64,000 nucleotides of DNA. Origin: a virus. The notes under the pieces are model-generated. The model worked only from the letters and a program-made list of their open reading frames with translations. It did not search any database and was not told the origin of the DNA. The stretch lies in IMG/VR virus record IMGVR_UViG_3300032265_000877, positions 1 to 64,000 of that record. One strand, written 5' to 3'. Numbering within the stretch: the first letter of the stretch is position 1; every line of letters starts with the position of its first letter. Made by a program: the position numbers and the translations under genes. Shown here piece by piece: positions 8,896 through 16,868 of this stretch.

Positions 8896-9136
8896 TTTTC
8901 ATTGGGTTGTTAGACCTAATATGTCGTAGCAGTGCTCCTACATCGCGAGCTTTGCCTTTAGCGGTCATCGTTAGTGGATTTGTTTTAGCAAGGGGTTCGG
9001 CGCCTGGAACGTGTAGGGTGCTAGCGCTTGCGTTTACGTTTAACTCAGCGGTGCCGTGCTTCATAGTCATAGTTGTGCTTTTATTAATTGAGTGTGGGCG
9101 AGCAGGCTGCGGAAATTGGCTTTCGTCTGTGTTCAT
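8888..9136 (-). CDS. hypothetical protein
   Basis: 82-aa ORF with GGAG SD. Confidence 0.6.
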   Translation of the reverse strand: MNTDESQFPQPARPHSINKSTTMTMKHGTAELNVNASASTLHVPGAEPLAKTNPLTMTAKGKARDVGALLRHIRSNNPMKND

Positions 9137-9137
9137 G

Positions 9138-9665
9138 CTATCTCCAAGGGGTTCTCATGCGGGCCATCTGGTCTACACGACGCTTATCTAATGCTAGTGG
9201 TGCGGTGCTTCTCATGTTGGCTTTACCATCATTAGGAAGATGAGGCGCGGGAGCCGCCATAGCGTTCTCTACCCCGCGCGGTACGCGGATTACATTTCCG
9301 TCTCTAACACCTGTCATTTGGCGACGGATTCCGCGCATTGCATCAAGACCTTCTGGATAGTAATAGTCTTGAACATCAATTCTTTCACCGCGATGGATAC
9401 CACGTTGATACGAGCGCTGTCCTACTCGTACCTTGAGTGCATTAAGAACGTTATCTGATGTATCACGCCCACGGTCATCGCGGCGTGTACGGATTGTGCC
9501 TAGGTAACCGTCAGGATATTCCGCCTGAGGCGCTCGACCAACTCCAAGACGTAGGAAATCAAGTTCACTGCGCGCAACGGGAACGCCTCCACCGCCGTAA
9601 ACGGTGTTAGTTCCATACATACCACCTGCGCCCAGGTTTTGTACGTTTTGATGCGGAGCGGTCAT
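9138..9665 (-). CDS. hypothetical Arg/Gly-rich protein
   Basis: 175-aa ORF with TATCCT-N6-ATG leaderless start. Confidence 0.75.
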   Translation of the reverse strand: MTAPHQNVQNLGAGGMYGTNTVYGGGGVPVARSELDFLRLGVGRAPQAEYPDGYLGTIRTRRDDRGRDTSDNVLNALKVRVGQRSYQRGIHRGERIDVQDYYYPEGLDAMRGIRRQMTGVRDGNVIRVPRGVENAMAAPAPHLPNDGKANMRSTAPLALDKRRVDQMARMRTPWR

Positions 9666-9688
9666 ACCACAAGGATACGCGGAATTAC

Positions 9689-10717
9689 TTAGAGGTTAGA
9701 CTTAAACTCTTTACCTTCGTAAATAGCCCACTTATCCATGATATGGATAGGCTGTAATGTGAAGTGCCCGTCCTCATGAACCCAACCGATCATGATGCCT
9801 TGTTGCCAGTCTTCCCAGTGCTTTACTGGACGACCATTGTCATTAAGGCCAGAACCGTAGGAAGGGACTGCACCATCTACGCGGCATAGGCAGCCAGGGC
9901 TGGCGCTAACGCTGCGGATAGGGCCATCTCCATTGGCTACAGTTTTGTATTGTAGTTCCTGCCTATGGGCATGCCCAAAGACCGTAGAAACGTGTGGATT
10001 CTTATTGACGTAAGCAGATGCAGTAGACCCATTAGAACGAACGGTAGTCCCGTGAATAGCACGAAGGTAAGGAGTAATCCAATACTCGCCCGCTGGATAC
10101 GCGCCAACATAGTTGATCCCTAACTCTTCTAAACGTAATAGGTATTGAATAGTCATGACTGGCCACTCTTCAGGGGCCGAGTTAGCGCGCTTAATGCCCT
10201 TAGATGCCATAGCGTTCATAGTTACATACTTCTGCATACGGCAATCGTGGTTACCTTCTAGCAAGGTTATCTTTGCATCTGGGCAGGTAGCTCGTTGTTT
10301 TGCTAATAGCGCGTGACCGTAATCGAGGGCTGGCTGTACTGTATGCGCAAACATTTCTTCCTGTGCATACTTACCCATTGTTGGTAGGTCTAGATAATCT
10401 CCAAGGTGGACAATTTCATCTACACCATAACGCTTCTCTAAATAAGCAAGCAACTGGAAGTGAACATCAATTGCTGCTTCATCGTGGAACGGATCTAGTG
10501 TTCCATCTTCATACTTACGATAACCAATCTGTGGATCTGGAACAAATACAAATAACTTAAAACCATTCTTACTTGCTTGACGCTCTTTATATTCTGCGGG
10601 CTTAATAACAGTGGGTTTTGCTTGCTGGATTGGGGGCCAAGCCCAACCGCTAGTATCAGTAGTAGTAACTGCGTTCTCTAATACATCAAGTAGGCTGGTC
10701 TTTATCGACATGTGCAA
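9689..10717 (-). CDS. calcineurin-like metallophosphoesterase
   Basis: PDPQ (variant DxH), LGDYLD, EGNHD, IHG and GHAH motifs in order. Confidence 0.85.
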   Translation of the reverse strand: MHMSIKTSLLDVLENAVTTTDTSGWAWPPIQQAKPTVIKPAEYKERQASKNGFKLFVFVPDPQIGYRKYEDGTLDPFHDEAAIDVHFQLLAYLEKRYGVDEIVHLGDYLDLPTMGKYAQEEMFAHTVQPALDYGHALLAKQRATCPDAKITLLEGNHDCRMQKYVTMNAMASKGIKRANSAPEEWPVMTIQYLLRLEELGINYVGAYPAGEYWITPYLRAIHGTTVRSNGSTASAYVNKNPHVSTVFGHAHRQELQYKTVANGDGPIRSVSASPGCLCRVDGAVPSYGSGLNDNGRPVKHWEDWQQGIMIGWVHEDGHFTLQPIHIMDKWAIYEGKEFKSNL

Positions 10718-10935
10718 TATCCTCTGAGGTGGGAGCGGAAGGCGGTTAGTTTAAATGGAAGCTCAGTATCTTTATTTAGATCTTGGAATAGATGTGCAAC
10801 TTTTACAGCTGTATTGTTTGCTTTTATTTGCTCAAATAACTTCTGTTCATCTTTACCTAGAGTAGAAATCCACTGGGCTACTACACAACCGCTTAATGAA
10901 GTCCCGTCTAGGTGCTTGTTTAGCACTTCTAACAT
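10702..10935 (-). CDS. small helical protein with C-terminal HxxxxCxC (possible Zn/HTH); start revised to ATG at 10935
   Basis: AAGGAGAG SD before MLEVLNKH; overlaps the phosphoesterase start. Confidence 0.7.
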   Translation of the reverse strand: MLEVLNKHLDGTSLSGCVVAQWISTLGKDEQKLFEQIKANNTAVKVAHLFQDLNKDTELPFKLTAFRSHLRGYCTCR

Positions 10936-11000
10936 GTCTCTCCTTGTGTTCGTCAAGCTGCGACGCGATAATCGTAACACACAGAGCGCACAAATCAAGC

Positions 11001-11026
11001 AAAAACCCCCGCCAATTTGACGGGGG
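11001..11026 (-). terminator. rho-independent terminator after hsp20
   Basis: Minus strand CCCCCGTC-AAATT-GGCGGGGG followed by TTTTT. Confidence 0.8.
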
Positions 11027-11041
11027 CCGATGCTTAGTAAA

Positions 11042-11548
11042 TTACTTGATCTTAATTGTTTTTGGCTTTAACTCATCTGGAATTTCTCTATCCAGCTTTA
11101 CAGTTAAGATGCCGTCTTTCATCTCCGCGCCTTCTACTGTTACGTACTCAGCTAGTGGAAAGGACTGCTTAAATGCGCGAGCCGCAATCCCCTTGTGGAA
11201 GTACTCATCAATAGATTCATCATCCTTCTTGCCTTCAATGGTTAACACCTGGTCTTTAAAGGTGATATCCAAGTCTTCCTTGCTAAAACCTGCAAGGGCA
11301 ATACGGATTAGGTACTTGTTTTCCCCTGCCGAAAGGATGTCATACGGCGGGTAGGTTGAGCGTGTATCAAATTGATTGGCCAGCTCATTAAAGAAAGCGG
11401 CATGGGTGTTGAAGCCGATTCCTCGATTAATTAAGTGATTGGTTAGCTCTGTAACAATCTGAGCTGGGGTCTTGACTGTGACTGTCTTTGTTGATTCTTT
11501 AGTTGCCCACATCTCATGTGGACTACGTGTTGGGTAGCCTGAAGCCAT
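11042..11548 (-). CDS. small heat-shock protein (Hsp20/IbpA family)
   Basis: YPPYDI, IALAGFSKEDLDI, HKGIAARAFKQSF.LAE, A.MKDGILTV.L, C-terminal IKI. Confidence 0.93.
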   Translation of the reverse strand: MASGYPTRSPHEMWATKESTKTVTVKTPAQIVTELTNHLINRGIGFNTHAAFFNELANQFDTRSTYPPYDILSAGENKYLIRIALAGFSKEDLDITFKDQVLTIEGKKDDESIDEYFHKGIAARAFKQSFPLAEYVTVEGAEMKDGILTVKLDREIPDELKPKTIKIK

Positions 11549-11614
11549 TGTTATATCTCCTTAGACGATATAGTTTAGTTAGGACCCGTTCGGCGTCCTA
11601 CATCAATTATAGCA
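11549..11614 (-). promoter_or_regulatory. hsp20 extended -10 promoter (TGCTATAAT) and structured 5' UTR
   Basis: TGnTATAAT at 11614-11606; hairpin TAGGAC..GTCCTA; second hairpin TATATC..GATATA enclosing AAGGAG. Confidence 0.7.
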
Positions 11615-11653
11615 AAAAATAACCCCCGTGGACTAGAGTCCCGGGGGCTATTT
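11614..11653 (-). terminator. rho-independent terminator
   Basis: AAATAGCCCCCG...CGGGGGTTATTTTTT on the minus strand. Confidence 0.8.
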
Positions 11654-11662
11654 GTCTAGCTA

Positions 11663-11992
11663 TTAGTTATGGTCACCCATGCCTACGCTGAAGTTCTGCG
11701 AAGAACGCTTGATAGCTGAGGGAAGTAGGCGGCCGTTACCCTGTGTAGCGCCTGCCTCTGGTGCTTCTGCTTTCTGGAACTTAACGCGAACACCGTAACG
11801 GGCCCCGGATGTAGCCTTTACGAATGTGCGTGATGGCTTAGCCATCTTGTATGGGTCGCCAGCTGCCGTGTTCTTCTTTGGCATCAACTTAGTGTTGGCT
11901 GAAGGTGCAGCGGAAGCATTAACTACCTTCATATTTGGGGTAGCCGCACTGGTTGGTGCTAGTGGTGCTGGGTTGTTAAATGGGTTCTTCAT
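11663..11992 (-). CDS. hypothetical basic low-complexity protein
   Basis: 109 aa with AAGGAG SD. Confidence 0.7.
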   Translation of the reverse strand: MKNPFNNPAPLAPTSAATPNMKVVNASAAPSANTKLMPKKNTAAGDPYKMAKPSRTFVKATSGARYGVRVKFQKAEAPEAGATQGNGRLLPSAIKRSSQNFSVGMGDHN

Positions 11993-12054
11993 GGTTCTCC
12001 TTGGCCGAGGAATTGTTCTTATAAATGTACGGTACTTACGCGCTTATTACAGGC

Positions 12055-12327
12055 TTAATTGGCTATAACTTGAAAAACAATAGCGCTGATATCCCCTGTG
12101 GTGCCTTTAATGCTGGCAAATCCTGGGATGCAGACTAGGTTGATTCCTCGTGGAGCTGTATAACCGCGAGCAATAGCAATGGCTTTTACAGCCTGATTGA
12201 CTGCTCCCGCGCCTACCGCACGAATAGACACCTGATGTTTTTCATAGATAGCATGGGCAATAGCTGATGCTACGGACTGAGGGTTGCTGCCTGCACCTAC
12301 GCGCAGTGGTTCCTGTTCTTGTGACAA
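12055..12327 (-). CDS. spoVS: SpoVS-family (Alba-like fold) protein
   Basis: LRVGAGSNPQSVASAIA...RAVGAGAVNQAVKAIAIARG...LVCIPGF...SAIVF closely matches the SpoVS signature; TTG start with AAGGAG SD. Confidence 0.9.
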   Translation of the reverse strand: MSQEQEPLRVGAGSNPQSVASAIAHAIYEKHQVSIRAVGAGAVNQAVKAIAIARGYTAPRGINLVCIPGFASIKGTTGDISAIVFQVIAN

Positions 12328-12400
12328 TTTATGCTCCTTGGGTTACAAATAGTAATTCCCCGTGGCATAAAGTATGAAGCCTAAATTAGACAAAATAAGG

Positions 12401-12610
12401 TTAAACGTCTTGTTTCCAGTGCAGATAAGACCTAATGTAGGTAGCTGCGTAGGCTAAAGAAGCAAATATAAAACCGTACTGGTGGGTATCTATTGCATAC
12501 CCCATCCAAAGGCATTCATTAAATAGTAAAACAAACCAGCCCCAAATAGTTTTGCGGCCAACAAAATAAATGCCTGTTACTCCAACACAGGCCAGGATCC
12601 AAGACCACAT
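12401..12610 (-). CDS. small membrane protein (PnuC-like half)
   Basis: Three hydrophobic segments; GRKTIWGW...NECLW...QYGF pattern. Confidence 0.6.
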   Translation of the reverse strand: MWSWILACVGVTGIYFVGRKTIWGWFVLLFNECLWMGYAIDTHQYGFIFASLAYAATYIRSYLHWKQDV

Positions 12611-12822
12611 TATGGTCGGTCAAGCGGGGTAGGTGCTTTTGCGTACGTTCCGCAGATGGCACATTCCATGTCTATAAAATACTGGGATATTTCATAGTCC
12701 TCAAAGGAGGCTTTAATTAACCATATGCTTGATTCGCACTTAGGGCACTCATGGCAGATATGATCTGCGTACTCCATGGTGCCTGTGTAATCAGGCTTTA
12801 GTTCGCGGATCGACTTGCTCAT
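12610..12822 (-). CDS. zinc-ribbon protein
   Basis: CPKC...CAICG. Confidence 0.7.
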   Translation of the reverse strand: MSKSIRELKPDYTGTMEYADHICHECPKCESSIWLIKASFEDYEISQYFIDMECAICGTYAKAPTPLDRP

Positions 12823-13033
12823 GCAGCTTGTCCAATGCCGCTCTTTGTTCGGCCATCATCTTTTCTATCTGGTTAACCTCTTCAGGTGAAAGCGTGTCTT
12901 TTTGATCTAAGAAAAGCTTTACGCCAATCTCATAGTTTTGTTCTAACACCTGTAACTGAATAGCGCGGCGCTCTGAAATAAAAGAAGCAGCTTCACGAAG
13001 GCGTTCTTGTCGTTTATTTTGTGTCTTACTCAT
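12791..13033 (-). CDS. hypothetical coiled-coil protein (start likely MSKTQ)
   Basis: ATGA overlap with the upstream stop. Confidence 0.65.
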   Translation of the reverse strand: MSKTQNKRQERLREAASFISERRAIQLQVLEQNYEIGVKLFLDQKDTLSPEEVNQIEKMMAEQRAALDKLHEQVDPRTKA

Positions 13034-13581
13034 TGTCCGCCCCAACCGCCGCCTCTAAATATAGCAGGCGTAGCCTCTTGTTGACCTGTTTCAAAATGTT
13101 TAGGTCTAGACATTTCTTTGTACTCTGTAGTATTTTGAGCAGTAGTCAGATGTTCATCTAACGCTCCTGCTGCTGTGCCTTCATCGGCTTCACCTGTTCT
13201 TTTCTGTTGCCATGGTTGCATGTCTTTATGAGTCACTATTCGTGCATTAATGCTTTTCATACCCTTTTCCAAAGCATTTTGGACTCTGTGGGTTCCATCA
13301 AGGAGGCTATGTGTACCATCTGGATGTTTAAGTACAACAATAGGGTGGCTCATATCTACCGCATTGGTTCGTGCTCTATTTTCTCCTGTGCTCTCTCCTA
13401 GACGTCCTTCTAGTTGAGGGGCAAATATCTGAGGATTAAAGGTATTTAACTTACTTTTACTAGCAGCCATATTAACAATATCCCCAACTTTAAATGACCA
13501 TTTACCATGTGGATTTTCAAATCCAGCAGTTTTTTCTAGAGGATTAAATTGTTTAGGGTTAAGGTTATTTGAGTCGCTCAT
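13030..13581 (-). CDS. ParB/Srx N-terminal domain protein
   Basis: HPIVVL...LLDGTHRV..A...G.K.I.A ParBc motif; C-terminus duplicates the fmdB tail. Confidence 0.75.
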   Translation of the reverse strand: MSDSNNLNPKQFNPLEKTAGFENPHGKWSFKVGDIVNMAASKSKLNTFNPQIFAPQLEGRLGESTGENRARTNAVDMSHPIVVLKHPDGTHSLLDGTHRVQNALEKGMKSINARIVTHKDMQPWQQKRTGEADEGTAAGALDEHLTTAQNTTEYKEMSRPKHFETGQQEATPAIFRGGGWGGQ

Positions 13582-13646
13582 GTTGTTTTACCTGTATTTC
13601 TAGTAGGTACTGTGGTCATAGTTAATCCTTTGTTGGGTCTTCCATA

Positions 13647-13832
13647 TTAATAATCTTCATTATAGTCCTTGCCGCCCCAACCTCCACCTTTAAAATGAGC
13701 AGGAGTTGCCTGCCACATACGGGTCATTGTTTTATTACAAGGAATACAGGTGGGAGTTCCCTCTTCATCAAAGGAACGCTGCACCTCTATGACTGAAGAA
13801 CAGGTGTCGCACTTAAAATCATAAGATGGCAT
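13647..13832 (-). CDS. FmdB-family zinc-ribbon regulatory protein (start revised to MPSYDFKC)
   Basis: MP.Y.FKC..C...C..C...F.G.GW signature. Confidence 0.85.
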   Translation of the reverse strand: MPSYDFKCDTCSSVIEVQRSFDEEGTPTCIPCNKTMTRMWQATPAHFKGGGWGGKDYNEDY

Positions 13833-13834
13833 CT

Positions 13835-14383
13835 TTATACCCCGTATTGTTCTACTTCTATAAATGGGCCGGATGTATAGGCGTCTAAAGACTCTGCAAT
13901 CTTTAGGGCATCTAAGATGGTAGCGCCCGCATGTAAGGCCCCTAGAGCGTAAGCTGCGCCGTTTCCTACCCCATAAAAGCCGCTGTCTGTACGGCATACG
14001 GATAGGTCATCTGAGATATCAAAAACTTTGCCGCTGACTGCAATCAAAAAGTTAAACCTAGGACCGCTGTCCGATTTGTCTCTTTCTTCTTCAAAGTTAT
14101 ACCCATTAGATTTGAGGCATTCACGCAAGGAAGACATGACTTTTGTAATAACAAAATGATGGATGTCCTTGCGGTCAGAGGCTGTAACGGCTGGCGGCTT
14201 CCAAATATGCTGAGCCACGTCACACGGCTGTACTTCGCCGCTGCCAGCAATCAAATAAGGGCCTTTTTCAGTAATTTTAGACATATCGGGATGCCTATAA
14301 ATGCGGCCAGTACCATCGGTTACTTGGTTATCTGCTCCAAATACGCAACGGTCTTCGTATTGTACGGCTACTATCGTAGTCAC
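13835..14383 (-). CDS. HslV/proteasome-beta-like Ntn protease
   Basis: N-terminal MTTIVAV (Thr1 nucleophile), GADNQVT, SKI, IAGSG, GVGNGAAYALGAL. Confidence 0.85.
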   Translation of the reverse strand: MTTIVAVQYEDRCVFGADNQVTDGTGRIYRHPDMSKITEKGPYLIAGSGEVQPCDVAQHIWKPPAVTASDRKDIHHFVITKVMSSLRECLKSNGYNFEEERDKSDSGPRFNFLIAVSGKVFDISDDLSVCRTDSGFYGVGNGAAYALGALHAGATILDALKIAESLDAYTSGPFIEVEQYGV

Positions 14384-14919
14384 TACCGCTCCCTAAACTT
14401 TGGATCCTGAAGTTTAACATAGACTTCCTTTTCGTATGTACGCTTGCCTGTTCCAGATACTAGGTGGGCTAAGGCGTAGGAGTCTGCGGCGTTGTCGTCG
14501 TTAAACTCAGCATCCCAGTTTTTATAGGCGTACATGAGCATCTGGCTCTTGGATACCCCAGTGCCTTTGCCACACGTGTATTTTTTTAGGTTAGTGGGCG
14601 GGACTATAAGGGGGTAGATCCCAAATTCTAAGAGGGTTAGTTTTACCATACCACCCAGTTCGCCAAGCATATTGGCCATCTGTGACCCAAAGGCGTAGCC
14701 CTCTATGGCAACGTCCTTGATATCGTCAAACTCATGGAGCCAGTTCATAACGTGGGATTGAATATCCCGCAGGCGCTCTATGCCCCGCTTATCAGACTTG
14801 TATACCTCTGTGTAGTAGTTGTCTTGATCTTTAAATGCCGTAATAGCAAACCCGCTATATGACTGGTCTATGCCTAAATAGACCGGGCCATCTACAGCGC
14901 CCTTGCTAAACACCTTCAT
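14383..14919 (-). CDS. ruvC: RuvC-like Holliday junction resolvase
   Basis: LGIDQS, VAIEG, PTNLKK, DDNAADSYALA. Confidence 0.85.
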   Translation of the reverse strand: MKVFSKGAVDGPVYLGIDQSYSGFAITAFKDQDNYYTEVYKSDKRGIERLRDIQSHVMNWLHEFDDIKDVAIEGYAFGSQMANMLGELGGMVKLTLLEFGIYPLIVPPTNLKKYTCGKGTGVSKSQMLMYAYKNWDAEFNDDNAADSYALAHLVSGTGKRTYEKEVYVKLQDPKFRER

Positions 14920-15395
14920 TAGTAACCGCGTGCTTTTAGAACAGATGTTCGACGGGTTAATTCACGGCTAGTCAATTGGTAGTAGCGCTCAAGGTTGTCC
15001 ATAGAGGTCTTCAACAACTTGTGATAAGCCTCAGCGTGCATACGATCAGCAGCTAAGCTTTGCATATCTGGGTCTGTAAGAATCATGGCTTTAACAGTTG
15101 TAGCTTTTACCTTTGGATCCGAAGACTTCTGGATAAGAAGTTTGGCCTCTTCCTGCTTGTAGTAATTCTCAGCCTCGGTGACCGCCAACTCAGCGCAGGC
15201 TACCTGTGTCAATAAGAAGTTGTAGTTCTCCATATAAGAACGAGCCATCTCCATAAGCTGTTGATCATCAACGCCAGTAATATCTGCTGGAAAAGGCTTG
15301 ATATCAATGTCCAGGCTTCGCTTAACAGGTAGACCCTGCTTCTCTAATACTTTTAATAGGTCTTCACTAATACCTGTAGCGACGATGTTAATCAT
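14919..15395 (-). CDS. helical protein, possible UvsY-like recombination mediator
   Basis: Long coiled coil ending SRELTRR, within the recombination cluster; start revised to MINIV. Confidence 0.5.
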   Translation of the reverse strand: MINIVATGISEDLLKVLEKQGLPVKRSLDIDIKPFPADITGVDDQQLMEMARSYMENYNFLLTQVACAELAVTEAENYYKQEEAKLLIQKSSDPKVKATTVKAMILTDPDMQSLAADRMHAEAYHKLLKTSMDNLERYYQLTSRELTRRTSVLKARGY

Positions 15396-16218
15396 TTGTA
15401 TACCCCTTACATTTAGCGCAACCATCTGTGCTTAGGTTACATGACGGCGGCGTATTAGTTTTTAGTGCTTTTACAATCATAGCGGCTGCATCAAATAAAT
15501 GCGAGATGCCAAAGTCGCTCTTCTTTATTACAAACTCTTTGGCCTCTTGGTTAGCCTTATTTTCATAGATAATTACTGCTTCTTGTGGGTAGTTCTCATA
15601 GTTAAGAAGATCTGCTAACTTCATATAAATCTGTACCTGCATAATGTGCTTCATAAAAGGCGCGTTAATAGCTTTCCATGCCTTATCAAAGTCATTGTCA
15701 TTATCCATTAAAAGCTCTGGAGCCTCCCAGCGCAGGGTACCGACCCCTACAGACTTTATCTCTAGCATCATTGGGTCGCCAAGCCCCGTTAACCAACCAT
15801 CTGAGTGTCCGTATATTCGCAAAGGCTCGTAGAATAACGGCACTTCTCTGTAGGCAAGAGGACCATCGTGACAGTCCGACCCGCCCCAGAAAAACTCTTC
15901 ACATTCATAGCAATACCACTTACCAAACAATACGCCCATATCTTGTAGCCAGCTCTGCCACTTAGCATGAATGGCATGGCCTTCAGCAAACACTGAGGCT
16001 AAACGAAAGCTGTTTGTACGTGTGCTAATGGGTTCTTCGCCCTGCAGTTGAAAGTAAGACGCACGGTGACACCAGTCAGATCCAACCATCTCTGATGGGT
16101 GTAAAACGTCTGTCCTGCGAGATCTGTCTTTAGGCTTAGCCATTAAATGGCGTTCTAGAGAACCAAGTACACGTGTGTTCTTTTTACCCACGTCTACAAA
16201 CTTCTTTAACTGACTCAT
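15388..16218 (-). CDS. Cas4-like PD-(D/E)xK exonuclease with Fe-S cysteines
   Basis: HPSE..WCHR, GHAIH, GHSDG..EIKS, QVQIYM, C-terminal C...C..C. Confidence 0.85.
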   Translation of the reverse strand: MSQLKKFVDVGKKNTRVLGSLERHLMAKPKDRSRRTDVLHPSEMVGSDWCHRASYFQLQGEEPISTRTNSFRLASVFAEGHAIHAKWQSWLQDMGVLFGKWYCYECEEFFWGGSDCHDGPLAYREVPLFYEPLRIYGHSDGWLTGLGDPMMLEIKSVGVGTLRWEAPELLMDNDNDFDKAWKAINAPFMKHIMQVQIYMKLADLLNYENYPQEAVIIYENKANQEAKEFVIKKSDFGISHLFDAAAMIVKALKTNTPPSCNLSTDGCAKCKGYTND

Positions 16219-16230
16219 GCAGGTAACTTA

Positions 16231-16548
16231 TCATAGATCTTTATCTAGTACCCATTCTTCAAGTGTCATACCTGAACGTGTTGCTTTACGTTTAAGCGCG
16301 TTACGCTCACGGTGACTCATGCCTCCCCAGATACCATGGGTATCGTCCATGCTCTCTGCGTAAAGTAAACACTCTTTACGAACAGGGCATTCTGGAAGAC
16401 CGTCTCTGCCGTAGCAAACAGCTTTTGCTATATCAGCTATGTCTTTATATTGGTCTTTATCTCTTGGTGGGTACCAAGTGTTGGTACTCATTCCTCGGCA
16501 TTTTGCTCTATATCGCCAAGGTTCTGGTCCGAAGTCTTCATCGTACAA
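16231..16548 (-). CDS. whiB: WhiB-family transcription factor
   Basis: W...AKC...AKAVC...CPVRKECL...GIWGG...ER. Confidence 0.93.
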   Translation of the reverse strand: MYDEDFGPEPWRYRAKCRGMSTNTWYPPRDKDQYKDIADIAKAVCYGRDGLPECPVRKECLLYAESMDDTHGIWGGMSHRERNALKRKATRSGMTLEEWVLDKDL

Positions 16549-16868
16549 GATTGATGCTCCTGGAAGCTCTGGCGCATTTCCAGAAAGTCATCTTCAGTTA
16601 ACAATACATAGTTTTCACTATTAAGGCTTACGCCTAAAACAGGCATACGGCTCTCAAGTATTGCTTCCTTAACAATCTTCTCTAGCACTGCGGCTTTGAC
16701 AGTAAAGGAGGCTTTGCCTGTGTACTTATGTTCTAAAAGAATATCAGCACTACGGACATCACCTTTACGACTCCAGAAAGCTCCGCTTCCAGCGTTGCGT
16801 TTCCCGTCTAGAACTCCTGCTAGTCGTGCCTCGTGCTTCTGTGACTTCTTTAAGCCCTCACTCTTCAT
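16488..16868 (-). CDS. Hjc-like PD-(D/E)xK Holliday junction resolvase
   Basis: HEARLA, GSGA..KGDV, LEHKYT. Confidence 0.75.
   Translation of the reverse strand: MKSEGLKKSQKHEARLAGVLDGKRNAGSGAFWSRKGDVRSADILLEHKYTGKASFTVKAAVLEKIVKEAILESRMPVLGVSLNSENYVLLTEDDFLEMRQSFQEHQSCTMKTSDQNLGDIEQNAEE

Noticed and set aside
13833-13997. N-terminal extension of the 116-aa ORF 13647-13997
   Set aside because: It overlaps hslV out of frame; the FmdB signature starts at ATG 13832
15388-16218. Cas4-like gene as evidence of a CRISPR-Cas system
   Set aside because: No repeat-spacer array or other cas genes were seen; solo Cas4-like nucleases are common in phage recombination modules
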